Source of the DNA: Alphaproteobacteria bacterium
GTDB lineage: Bacteria; Pseudomonadota; Alphaproteobacteria; Micavibrionales; UBA2020
Direction of reading: 5' to 3'
Length of the DNA stretch: 64,000 nucleotides
Assembly (NCBI GenBank): GCA_016794125.1
Contig: JAEUKT010000002.1
Location: 434,848-498,847 of the forward strand
Part shown: positions 35,811 to 44,871 of the stretch, piece by piece
How the letters are laid out: each line of letters begins with the position of its first letter
Position numbering within the stretch: position 1 is the first letter of the stretch
Translations under genes and position numbers: made by a program
The notes under the pieces: model-generated
Told to the model about the DNA's origin: nothing
Seen by the model: the letters and a program-made list of their open reading frames with translations, nothing else
The model's database searches: none

Positions 35811-37988
35811 TTGGAACGCAATCCAGCCGACGACGATCACGAGGAAACGGGCAGCAAGCGCAAAAGCCGCTGGTCGTTCCTGGCACCGGATGCCACGGGT
35901 TCCAGTCCTGTGTGGCGGAGCCGTATTTCGTGGCGCATCACCCTTGCCGTGTTCGGCACGATCATGCTGGTGCAGGGCGCTGTACTGGCCTTCAACGTCA
36001 AGAGTTACGAATCCGACAAGCTGAACGACCTGGCCGAGCTGGCGCGCGTCGCCATCACGTCGTCGATCAACGAAACCCCCGGCCAGTCGCCGATCAGTAA
36101 CGCCGTCGCCAAACGCCTGTTCGCGACCACCGCCGTGCAGGGCCTTGCGGTCTATGACGCGGATTTCACGCCGCTGACCCGTTATGGCCGCCCGCCGGAA
36201 ATCGTCCCCGACCTGAAGGCGGAAACGCCCGATCAGGCGCGCAGCGCCAGCGGTCTTGAATACGATGTTGTATTCACGCCCAAGCGTCTGGCGCGCCCTT
36301 ATCACATCGCGGTGCGCATCGATTCCAGCAATGTCGATGGCATGGTCAGCAAACAGATCCACCAGACGCTGGTGATTTTGCTGCTGCTGTCGGGACTGGT
36401 CACCAGCATCATGATGCTGGCGCTGGGCGCGTGGCTTTTGGAACCTATCATGATTTTGCGCAACAACCTGCTGTCGGCCGCGCGCAACCCCGAAAAACCG
36501 GAACTGCAAAAACCCAGCGTGGAAAGCCGCGACGAAATCGGTGTCGCCATCCGCATCGCCAACGACCTGATCCGCCAGAACGCGAACAACCTGAAACGCC
36601 TGCGGTCGCAAGCGGAAGACAAGATCCATAAGCTTGCCTATTACGATAACCTGACCGGCCTGCCGAACCGCACCTACTTCCTTGAAAAGCTCGACGACGC
36701 GATCCGCCACAAGGTGGTGGAGGAAGACCGCCGTATCGCCGTTTTTTCGGTCGACCTTGACCATTTCAAGGACATTAACGACACGATGGGCCATGAATTC
36801 GGCGACAAGCTGCTGGAGGCGATCGGCAAAAGGCTTGTGAAATGCATGCCCGAAGACGCGATAATTTCCCGCGCATCGGCCGACGAATTCACGATCATGG
36901 TGGTGCTGAAGCCGGAATATGCGGAATCACAGGTGCTGATCGACCGCATTTTCCAGGCGATGGGCGAACCTGTCAGCATCCTGCAAGAACGCTTCCAGGT
37001 GCGCGTATCCATCGGCGTGTCGCATTGCCCGGACGACACGATGGAGGCGCGCCAGCTTTTGAAAAATTCCGACATCGCGCTCAACCGCGCGAAGGAAGAA
37101 GGCCGCGACACCGTCCGTTTCTATTCGCAGGATTTCGACTTGGCCGTGCAGCAACGCTTCCAGCTGTTGCGCGACCTGCGCTCCGCGCTGGATGAAAACC
37201 AGTTGGCGCTGTTCTATCACCCGCAATTCGACCTGCGCACCGGCCAGCTGATCGGGGCGGAGGTGCTGCTGCGCTGGTTCCTGCCCGACAATTCCAAGGA
37301 CGGCGGTTATTACGTGTCCCCCGCAGAATTCATCCCCGTCGCCGAACAGTCCGGCCTGATCGTGCCGATCGGCGAATGGGTGCTGCGCACCGCCTGCGCA
37401 CAGGCCATCGCGTGGCAGGAACAGGGCATTCCGCCGTTCCGCGTCGCCGTCAACATTTCCGGCGTGCAGTTCCACAAGGCCGACATCGTGGCGTTGACCA
37501 GCGATGTGCTGAAAACCACGAAACTGGACCCCAAGCTGCTGGAGCTGGAAGTCACGGAATCCGTCTTCATGGAAAACATGCAGATGACCATCGACATCCT
37601 GAACCAGCTGCACCGTCTGGGCGTCGAGCTTGCCGTCGACGATTTCGGCACCGGCTACAGCTCGCTGTCGTACCTGCGCCAGTTCCCGATCGACCGCCTG
37701 AAAATCGACCAGTCCTTCATCCGGAACGCGCTGGTGAACCCGGATGACCGCATGATCACCAAGACGATCATCAATCTGGGGCACAGCCTGAACCTCAAGG
37801 TGATCGCGGAAGGCGTTGAAACCAACGACCACGAAAACTTCCTGAAAGAAGAGGATTGCGACGAGGTGCAGGGCTTTAAATACACCAAGCCCATCCCCGC
37901 CGAAAAATTCCGCGAATACGTGATCAACTACAACCGCGAATGGGCGAAAAAGAACCGCCCCGCGCTTGTGGAAGAAAAGAAGGCCTGA
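35811..37988 (+). CDS. Membrane-bound GGDEF-EAL protein (degenerate GGDEF, EAL-type c-di-GMP phosphodiesterase)
   Basis: Two TM segments flank a periplasmic-type region. The GGDEF domain carries RASADEF instead of RxGGDEF. EAL domain motifs EVLLRW, DDFGTGYSSL and QGF are present. The start is a TTG and is uncertain. Confidence 0.85.
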   Translation: MERNPADDDHEETGSKRKSRWSFLAPDATGSSPVWRSRISWRITLAVFGTIMLVQGAVLAFNVKSYESDKLNDLAELARVAITSSINETPGQSPISNAVAKRLFATTAVQGLAVYDADFTPLTRYGRPPEIVPDLKAETPDQARSASGLEYDVVFTPKRLARPYHIAVRIDSSNVDGMVSKQIHQTLVILLLLSGLVTSIMMLALGAWLLEPIMILRNNLLSAARNPEKPELQKPSVESRDEIGVAIRIANDLIRQNANNLKRLRSQAEDKIHKLAYYDNLTGLPNRTYFLEKLDDAIRHKVVEEDRRIAVFSVDLDHFKDINDTMGHEFGDKLLEAIGKRLVKCMPEDAIISRASADEFTIMVVLKPEYAESQVLIDRIFQAMGEPVSILQERFQVRVSIGVSHCPDDTMEARQLLKNSDIALNRAKEEGRDTVRFYSQDFDLAVQQRFQLLRDLRSALDENQLALFYHPQFDLRTGQLIGAEVLLRWFLPDNSKDGGYYVSPAEFIPVAEQSGLIVPIGEWVLRTACAQAIAWQEQGIPPFRVAVNISGVQFHKADIVALTSDVLKTTKLDPKLLELEVTESVFMENMQMTIDILNQLHRLGVELAVDDFGTGYSSLSYLRQFPIDRLKIDQSFIRNALVNPDDRMITKTIINLGHSLNLKVIAEGVETNDHENFLKEEDCDEVQGFKYTKPIPAEKFREYVINYNREWAKKNRPALVEEKKA

Positions 37989-38027
37989 GCCCTTCCGCAA
38001 CCGTCGGCCATCGGCTAGTATCCAGAC

Positions 38028-39356
38028 ATGACAGGCCTCATCTCACATCCCGCAAAATCCCTGAAAGGCGTCGCACGCACGCCCGGGGATAAATCCATTT
38101 CCCACCGGTCGCTGATGTTCGGCGCATTGGCGGAGGGGGAAACCGTCATCAGCGGATTGCTGAACGGCGAAGATGTGCTGCATACGGGTCAGGCATTGTC
38201 GGCCATGGGCGCTGAAATCCACGCGCCTGCCGAACAGGGCGGCATCTGGCGCGTCAGGGGCATCGGCGCGGGTGGGCTGAAAACCCCGCGCAGCACCATT
38301 TATCTGGGCAATAGCGGCACATCGACACGCCTTTTGATGGGCGTGGTCGGCGGCTATCCGATTCATGCGACCTTTACCGGCGACGCATCGCTCAGCCGCC
38401 GCCCGATGGGCCGCGTCATCAAGCCGCTGGCGCAGATGGGCGTGCAATTCGAAGCATCGTCGGGCGACATGCTGCCCCTGAAAATTATCGGCAGCGCAAA
38501 GCTTGCCCCGATTGAATACACCCTGCCCGTCGCATCGGCGCAGGTGAAATCCGCCATCCTGTTTGCGGGGCTGCATGCGGACGGCGTCACGACCGTGATT
38601 GAACCGGAACCGACGCGCGACCATACCGAACGCATGCTGAAATTCTTCGGCGCGAAAATTGAATCCGAAACGGCGGGCGGCGCGAATGTGATCCGCCTGA
38701 CCGGTTTCCCGAGCCTGAAGGCGCAACCCATCACCGTGCCGTCCGATCCGTCATCGGCGGCGTTCCTGACTGTCGCCGCGCTGATTATCAAAGATTCCGA
38801 TGTATTGATCCCGGGCGTTTCTATCAACCCGCTGCGCGCCGGCATTTACGACACGCTGATCGACATGGGCGGCGATATCACGTTTGAGAACAAACGCGAT
38901 ATGTCGGGCGAGCCGGTTGCCGATATCCGCGTGAAATCGAGCGCGCTGAAGGGCGTCACCGTGCCGAAAAGCCGCGTACCGTCGATGATCGATGAATTCC
39001 CCGTGCTGTCGGTCGCGGCATCGTTTGCGGATGGTAAAACATATATGTCCGACCTGAAGGAATTGCGCGTCAAGGAAAGCGACCGCCTGCTGGCGATTGC
39101 AAAGGGACTCACCTCCTGCGGCGTGCTGGCCGAAATGGGCGAGGATGATCTGACCGTGCACGGGCAAGTTCAGCCAAAAGGCGGCTGCATGGTCGCCGCG
39201 AACCTCGACCACCGCATCGCCATGAGCTTTTTGGTCATGGGCATGGCATCCGCCGAGCCCGTTTCCATCGACGATGCCGAAACCATGAACACCAGCTTCC
39301 CCGGTTTCGCCGCGCTGATGAACAGCCTCGGCGCGAAAATAAGCCATCAGGCATAA
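38028..39356 (+). CDS. aroA: 3-phosphoshikimate 1-carboxyvinyltransferase (EPSP synthase)
   Basis: Motifs PGDKSISHRSLMFGALAEGET, LGNSGTSTRLL and LRVKESDRL are present. Confidence 0.95.
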   Translation: MTGLISHPAKSLKGVARTPGDKSISHRSLMFGALAEGETVISGLLNGEDVLHTGQALSAMGAEIHAPAEQGGIWRVRGIGAGGLKTPRSTIYLGNSGTSTRLLMGVVGGYPIHATFTGDASLSRRPMGRVIKPLAQMGVQFEASSGDMLPLKIIGSAKLAPIEYTLPVASAQVKSAILFAGLHADGVTTVIEPEPTRDHTERMLKFFGAKIESETAGGANVIRLTGFPSLKAQPITVPSDPSSAAFLTVAALIIKDSDVLIPGVSINPLRAGIYDTLIDMGGDITFENKRDMSGEPVADIRVKSSALKGVTVPKSRVPSMIDEFPVLSVAASFADGKTYMSDLKELRVKESDRLLAIAKGLTSCGVLAEMGEDDLTVHGQVQPKGGCMVAANLDHRIAMSFLVMGMASAEPVSIDDAETMNTSFPGFAALMNSLGAKISHQA

Positions 39357-39585
39357 GCCTGCAGACGCGATTTACGACTCCCGCGCCCGACTCGGGCCGG
39401 GTGTGCACACAAAATCTTGGAAATCCAAGCCTTTGCAACGCATCCCGTAACTTGTAACTATCCACTTGATATTATTCGGGTTTTAATGTTACAAAGCGTC
39501 CTGCCCTTGATACTGTCTTAATATTATGTTAATAATATATGAAGATTTTATTAATAGGGCCTAACGGCAGCTCGGGGGATTTCAC

Positions 39586-40335
39586 ATGTCTATTCTCAAC
39601 TTCCGCAAGACCGACTTTATCCCTGAAGAATTCTCGCGCCAGAAGATCGTGATTGCGGTCGATGGCCCTGCCGCATCGGGCAAAGGCACACTCGCCCAGA
39701 AAATGGCGAAACGCCTTGGTTACGCCCATCTGGATTCAGGCGCGCTGTACCGCGCCGTTGCGATGACCGCGCTTGAAATCGGCGCAGACCCAACCAGTTT
39801 CATCGAAGTACAGCCCGCGCTGAGCATCGTGCTGCGCAACCTGACCCCCGAATTGCTGTCCTGCCCTGACCTGCGCACGCCGGAAGTATCGGACGCGGCA
39901 TCCAAAGTATCCGCCATCCCCGAAGTGCGCGCGGCATTGCTGCAGCACCAGCGCGATTTCGCAGCGAATTTGCCTGCTTATGTGGGCGGCGTCGTGATTG
40001 ACGGCCGCGATATCGGCACGGTCGTCTGCCCCAACGCCGACATTAAATTCTTCGTCACCGCATCGGTCGAGGAACGCGCCCGCCGCCGTTTCCTGGAACT
40101 GCAGTCGGAAAACAAGGAAGCCACCTTTGAGCAGGTATTGGCCGACCTTTCCGCCCGCGACCTGCGCGATACCACCCGCAAGGTTGCCCCGCTGGTGGCG
40201 GCAGCCGATGCCTATATCCTGGACACCACCAAGCTGAACCCCGCCGAGACGCTGGACGAGACGATTGCCGTCATCCGTTCCAAATTCCTGTCGGAATCGG
40301 GCGAAGCGGCCAAACCCGTCCAAAAAGCGGGCTAA
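39586..40335 (+). CDS. cmk: (d)CMP kinase
   Basis: The P-loop IVIAVDGPAASGKGTLAQKMAKRLGYAHLDSGALYRA is present. The gene lies between aroA and rpsA, as is conserved. Confidence 0.92.
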   Translation: MSILNFRKTDFIPEEFSRQKIVIAVDGPAASGKGTLAQKMAKRLGYAHLDSGALYRAVAMTALEIGADPTSFIEVQPALSIVLRNLTPELLSCPDLRTPEVSDAASKVSAIPEVRAALLQHQRDFAANLPAYVGGVVIDGRDIGTVVCPNADIKFFVTASVEERARRRFLELQSENKEATFEQVLADLSARDLRDTTRKVAPLVAAADAYILDTTKLNPAETLDETIAVIRSKFLSESGEAAKPVQKAG

Positions 40336-40383
40336 AACCCGGCAAAACAGCCCGTTTTTGGCCGTTTTCCGCCCCGTTTTCCG

Positions 40384-40412
40384 TTGACTCTGCCCCTGCC
40401 CCAACATATCTT
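40384..40412 (+). promoter_or_regulatory. Candidate sigma70-type promoter for rpsA, implying a leader of about 170 nt
   Basis: TTGACT (40384-40389), a 17-nt spacer, then TATCTT (40407-40412). Confidence 0.35.
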
Positions 40413-40591
40413 GCCCGTACCGCTTGAACGGGCCCGGGTGCCGCATGGCAGCCCCTCGAGCGTATTCCAATATCCGGCGCGACTGGTTCCTCCGCCCTCC
40501 CCCAACAGACATGGTTTTAAAACCGTCCGATGGCATCGGGAGGCGATGAACGCATACAGCGCAGCCGGTTCTGAAAGAGAGAAAACATACA

Positions 40592-42394
40592 ATGGCAAAA
40601 GTAGCAGCCAGAGCACTGTCCGATGCATCCGTAAAGGACATCACCGGTGAAGACTTCAGCTTCGCGTCCCTGCTGGACGAAAGCTTCAAAGGCGTTAAAT
40701 CGTTCGAAGGTTCCGTCGTCGAAGGCACGGTTGTCAGCATCGACAACGATTTCGTGACCCTGGATGTGGGCCTGAAATCCGAAGGCCGCATCGCACTCCG
40801 CGAATTCGGCATCGGCGGCAACAAGCCCGAAGTCAAAGTCGGCGACAAAGTCGAAGTATTCGTCGAGCGCATGGAAAACAAGGAAGGCGAAGCCGTCCTG
40901 TCCCGCGAAAAAGCGAAACGCGAAGAATCGTGGATCGTCCTCGAAAAACAACATAAAGCCAACGAACGCGTCACCGGCACGATCTTCGGCCGCGTCAAAG
41001 GCGGCTTCACCGTTGACCTCAACGGCGCGGTTGCGTTCCTGCCCGGCAGCCAAGTTGATATCCGCCCCGTGCGCGACATCAGCCCGCTGTTCGGCACGCC
41101 CCAGCCTTTCCTGATCCTGAAGATGGACCGCCAGCGCGGTAACATCGTCGTGTCGCGCCGTGCGGTTCTCGAAGAATCCCGCGCAGAGGCACGTTCGGAA
41201 CTGGTTTCCAACCTGAAAGAAGGCCAGGAACTGCAAGGCGTCGTCAAGAACATCACCGATTACGGTGCGTTCATCGACCTCGGCGGCGTGGACGGCCTGC
41301 TGCACGTGACCGACATCTCGTGGAAGCGCATCAACCACCCGTCCGAAGTTCTCTCGGTCGGCCAGACGGTCAACGTCAAAATCATCCGCTTCAACGAAGA
41401 ATCCCAGCGCATCAGCCTCGGCATGAAGCAGCTGGAGGGTGATCCCTGGCAGGGCGTCGAAGGCAAGTTCAAGATCGGCCAGCGTTACACCGGCCGCGTC
41501 ACGAACATCGCCGATTACGGCGCGTTCGTCGAACTGGGCGAAGGCATCGAAGGCCTTGTCCACGTCTCGGAAATGTCCTGGACCAAGAAAAACATCCACC
41601 CCGGCAAGATCGTTTCGACCAGTCAGGAAGTGGAAGTGCAGGTTCTTGACGTTGATCTCGCCAAGCGCCGCATCTCCCTCGGCCTGAAGCAGACGCAGGA
41701 AAACCCCTGGGGCAAATTCGCCGCGGCTCACAAGGCCGGCGACGTCCTGGAAGGCGAAGTGCGCAACGTCACCGAATTCGGCCTGTTCGTCGGCATCGGC
41801 GACCAGATCGACGGCATGGTCCATATGAGCGACCTGTCGTGGAAAGATTCGGCCGAAGAAGCCATCAAAGCCTTCAAAAAAGGCGACATGGTGAAGGTGA
41901 AAGTGCTGGAAATCGACCCCGAGAAAGAGCGCGTCTCGCTCGGCATCAAGCAACTGGACGGCGAACAGCCCGCTGAAGAAGGCGGCATGGGCGGCGTTTC
42001 CAAGAACTCGGTCGTCACCTGCACGGTCAAGGCAATCACCAGCGGCGGCATCGAAGTCACCGTGAACGACAACCTGACCGGCTTCATCAAGAAGGGCGAC
42101 CTTTCCCGTGAACGCTCCGAGCAGCGCCCCGACCGTTTCGCCGTCGGCGAAAAAGTCGATGCGAAAGTGCTGAAGATCGAGCGCGGTTCGAAGAAACTCG
42201 AACTGTCGATCAAGCAGCGCGAAATCGACGAGGACAAGCAGGCGATGGCCGAATACGGCTCGTCTGACTCGGGCGCTTCGCTCGGCGACATCCTGGGCGC
42301 GGCCCTGCAGAAAAAAGGCGCGAAAGCGGCCGAAGCTGCGGAAGAAGCTCCCAAGAAAGCCAAAAAAGCCAAGAAAGACGAAACCGAAGAGTAA
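40592..42394 (+). CDS. rpsA: 30S ribosomal protein S1
   Basis: Six S1 repeats are present, for example GTVVSIDNDFVTLDVGLKSEGRI and GVVKNITDYGAFIDLGGVDGLLHVTDISW. There is a Lys/Ala/Glu-rich C-terminal tail. Confidence 0.95.
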   Translation: MAKVAARALSDASVKDITGEDFSFASLLDESFKGVKSFEGSVVEGTVVSIDNDFVTLDVGLKSEGRIALREFGIGGNKPEVKVGDKVEVFVERMENKEGEAVLSREKAKREESWIVLEKQHKANERVTGTIFGRVKGGFTVDLNGAVAFLPGSQVDIRPVRDISPLFGTPQPFLILKMDRQRGNIVVSRRAVLEESRAEARSELVSNLKEGQELQGVVKNITDYGAFIDLGGVDGLLHVTDISWKRINHPSEVLSVGQTVNVKIIRFNEESQRISLGMKQLEGDPWQGVEGKFKIGQRYTGRVTNIADYGAFVELGEGIEGLVHVSEMSWTKKNIHPGKIVSTSQEVEVQVLDVDLAKRRISLGLKQTQENPWGKFAAAHKAGDVLEGEVRNVTEFGLFVGIGDQIDGMVHMSDLSWKDSAEEAIKAFKKGDMVKVKVLEIDPEKERVSLGIKQLDGEQPAEEGGMGGVSKNSVVTCTVKAITSGGIEVTVNDNLTGFIKKGDLSRERSEQRPDRFAVGEKVDAKVLKIERGSKKLELSIKQREIDEDKQAMAEYGSSDSGASLGDILGAALQKKGAKAAEAAEEAPKKAKKAKKDETEE

Positions 42395-42414
42395 TCTTCA
42401 GCTTCGCTTTCGAC

Positions 42415-42449
42415 AAAAAACCCCCGCAAGTTGCCTTGCGGGGGTTTTT
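42415..42449. terminator. Bidirectional rho-independent terminator
   Basis: An A-run, a 10-bp stem cccccgcaag/cttgcggggg with loop ttgc, then a T-run. Confidence 0.8.
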
Positions 42450-42473
42450 CTTTGTTCCTGAACGGTCAAAAGA

Positions 42474-43262
42474 TCAGCGCGCGCGGCGGCGGAAATGCGC
42501 CGTCTGCGGCGCGGATATAGCCTGCTGCGTCGATACGCTATAGATGGGCTTCAACGCGCCCTGCGCCAGCGGCGACTGTGCAACCTCGCAGCGTTCGCGC
42601 AAATGCGATTTCAACGCGGTTGCCGTCTGGCTCAGCGCTTTGTTGATCTCCTGCAAAAAGATGCCGTTCGGCCCGTCCGACATGGCGGCTGCCATATTCG
42701 CGTCGTTCAGCGGCTCCAGCGCATGTTTGAACGCGTCATCCAGCGTCGCGGGTTTGCCGTCGATAAAGCCGTAATTGCCTTGCGCGGTGCATGCGATCAG
42801 CGACAAAATGCGTTTGGCGCTGTCATGCACGCTCATCGACGCACTATTGCTCATGCTGCCGGCCTGACGCTCCAGCAGGTTGACGAAACCATAAAGCCCC
42901 GTGCCGCCGCTGATGCTGGCCTGCCGTGCGACTTCGCCCTGCGCATCGGCATCGAAGGCCAATGATACTTTGGTCACGCTCTGCCACAAATCAAACGCCT
43001 GTTTCGACGCGGTGTCCGTAAAACCGCCAAGCTGCGTTGCCGCGCCCGCGGCCCTGCGCCATGCATCGGAAAGTTTATGCGGCAACACCGTGCCGTCGTT
43101 CACAGCCGCCGCCAGCAGCCCCAATTCGCGGCTGGCATCGCGATACAGGCCGCTCAGCACAGTATTGTCGCTGAGCAGCGCGGCATGGTTGAACACGCGC
43201 CGCAGCAGGTCGAGCGAGGGAAGCGGGCTGGTGGTGATGTCCGGCGCGGCCATGATTCTCAA
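42474..43262 (-). CDS. Hypothetical protein (262 aa), predicted helical and soluble
   Basis: The frame has coding-like GC3 bias. I recognise no motif. Confidence 0.55.
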   Translation of the reverse strand: MRIMAAPDITTSPLPSLDLLRRVFNHAALLSDNTVLSGLYRDASRELGLLAAAVNDGTVLPHKLSDAWRRAAGAATQLGGFTDTASKQAFDLWQSVTKVSLAFDADAQGEVARQASISGGTGLYGFVNLLERQAGSMSNSASMSVHDSAKRILSLIACTAQGNYGFIDGKPATLDDAFKHALEPLNDANMAAAMSDGPNGIFLQEINKALSQTATALKSHLRERCEVAQSPLAQGALKPIYSVSTQQAISAPQTAHFRRRAR

Positions 43263-43337
43263 CTGAATGTTTGAAACTCAGCTAGCCTACCAATGTTATG
43301 GGAAAGTGTCAAACAGCTGTATCGTGAAGCAATAATA

Positions 43338-43532
43338 TTACTTCACAACCTTCAGCTCGGTCTTGGCGAGGAATTTGAACACGCCGTCCAGGCTGTCCTG
43401 ATATTCCTCCCAGCGGCGCTGTTGTTCGGCGCGGGGCAGGTCTGCGATATCGGCACGCGCGAGGAAGGTTTCGCAGATCGTTTGCTCGGGGAACAGTTCC
43501 TTGACCTTGAGGCGTGCGCGCATTGTCATCAA
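43338..43532 (-). CDS. Hypothetical small protein (64 aa)
   Basis: The frame is GC3-rich, and the ORF starts 3 nt after the stop of the upstream membrane-protein gene. Confidence 0.5.
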   Translation of the reverse strand: MMTMRARLKVKELFPEQTICETFLARADIADLPRAEQQRRWEEYQDSLDGVFKFLAKTELKVVK

Positions 43533-43535
43533 TCC

Positions 43536-44726
43536 TTACGGTGCCGCGATTTTCGGCGGGCGGTTGCCGTGTTCCGGCGGCTGGATCGCTTCGGCGGCCG
43601 GCTGCTGGTTTTCGTTCGCGGGCGCGGGCGGCACGATCTTTGCCTTCAGCGCGAAGACCTGCTGCAGATCGACCTTGTCGAGGTCGGCAGGTTTTACTTC
43701 CGGCGCGGGGATATGGACGTTGCCGTTCGCGGCGGTGAAAGGCTGCGGCGTTGCCGTCACGACGGGCGCGGCACCCGGTTTCTGTTCCGCCACCACCGGC
43801 TTGTTTTTGCCGTAGCCGAACAGTTTCAGCGGCGCGGTCAGGATGTTTTTGAAAATCTGCTTCGCGCCGCCCGGCGTGATGCGGCGTTCCATTTCGGCCA
43901 GCACGACGGCATTCAGCAGATGCGCGCCAGCGATGAGGCCGTGGCCGTTGGCATGGCCGATGCCGGCAAACACGCCTGCTGCGCCTGCGGTGACCAGTTT
44001 CGGGTGGCCTTCATGTTCGGGACGGTTCTGGATGGAGTTTTTAACGCCCAGCACGAACGCAACGGCAACGACCGGCAGGATGAACAGCGCAGCGCCGCCC
44101 GCCATCAGGCCGGCAAGGGCAAAGCCTGCGTTCAGGTAGATATCAGGGCGCTTGAACATGGTGACGACGATATCGGCGGCGCGCGCGATGCCTTTTTTCG
44201 GCACGGTCGGCGCTTTTTCTTTTTCATCGGCGATATGTTTTTTCGAGATCGATTCAGCGAGCGTGAAATTCGCCGCCGCGAACAGGAAGCTGGCCGCCGC
44301 CGGCAGCCATGCGCCGGAGGCAACGGTTGCGCCCGCCACGACGAGAAGCGCCAGCGCGCCGGCGCGAAGCGGCGTGCGGTCGTCGAACACGAATTGCTTG
44401 AATTTCGGATGTTTATCGAGCCAGGTGGGCTGCAGCACAGCGGCGGTTTTCAGCGTGGCCGCGATGCCCGTTGCGGTCAGCATTGCGCCAAGGCCGACGG
44501 GGTTCGTGCCGGCGAACATCAACACATCTGCGGTGGTGTAGGCGATGCCCGGATCCAGCACGACGTGCTTGGTCAGCGCGCCGGGAATTTCCCAGCCTTC
44601 GGGTTTGTCGATTTTCTCTTTAGGACCTGCTGCGACCATGCTCTCGAAACTCTCCTGCAAGCGGTGCTTCTGCGCCATCAAATTCATACCGCGACTATGG
44701 GACTTTGCCCAACGGTATTTGGGCAA
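43536..44726 (-). CDS. Hypothetical polytopic membrane protein (396 aa) with a Pro-rich C-terminal tail
   Basis: There are several Gly/Ala-rich hydrophobic helices (GALALLVVAGATVASGAWLPAAASFLFAAA and AGFALAGLMAGGAALFILPVVAVAFVLG). The C-terminus is Pro/Ala/Gln-rich. I recognise no family. Confidence 0.6.
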   Translation of the reverse strand: MPKYRWAKSHSRGMNLMAQKHRLQESFESMVAAGPKEKIDKPEGWEIPGALTKHVVLDPGIAYTTADVLMFAGTNPVGLGAMLTATGIAATLKTAAVLQPTWLDKHPKFKQFVFDDRTPLRAGALALLVVAGATVASGAWLPAAASFLFAAANFTLAESISKKHIADEKEKAPTVPKKGIARAADIVVTMFKRPDIYLNAGFALAGLMAGGAALFILPVVAVAFVLGVKNSIQNRPEHEGHPKLVTAGAAGVFAGIGHANGHGLIAGAHLLNAVVLAEMERRITPGGAKQIFKNILTAPLKLFGYGKNKPVVAEQKPGAAPVVTATPQPFTAANGNVHIPAPEVKPADLDKVDLQQVFALKAKIVPPAPANENQQPAAEAIQPPEHGNRPPKIAAP

Positions 44727-44804
44727 TTTTGTTTCACCTCAAGCAGTTAAGTAAAAATTTGCCCTAATATCAGGTATTTGGATACCAACCTGTTATGCTC
44801 ATTT

Positions 44805-44826
44805 GCTGTAAAAATATTTTTACAGC
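44805..44826. repeat. Perfect 22-bp palindrome GCTGTAAAAATATTTTTACAGC
   Basis: I verified by hand that the sequence equals its own reverse complement. It lies between the M48 gene stop (44872) and the start of the 396-aa membrane-protein gene (44726). Confidence 0.9.
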
Positions 44827-44871
44827 GTCCATAATTCCGAGAATCAAAACCCTGTTTTGTGCAATGCAGCA

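Noticed and set aside
39357-39585. Replication-origin-like region (AT-rich with a DnaA-box-like TATCCAC)
   Set aside because: There is only a single partial DnaA box, no cluster of boxes, and no flanking origin-associated genes (hemE, dnaA, parAB). It is far more likely an AT-rich promoter region.
39736-41953. Two long minus-strand ORFs (39736..41256 at 506 aa and 40517..41953 at 478 aa)
   Set aside because: They are antisense to cmk and rpsA, which are unambiguous. Their composition is low-complexity (S/T/R/P or D/A/F/G-rich).
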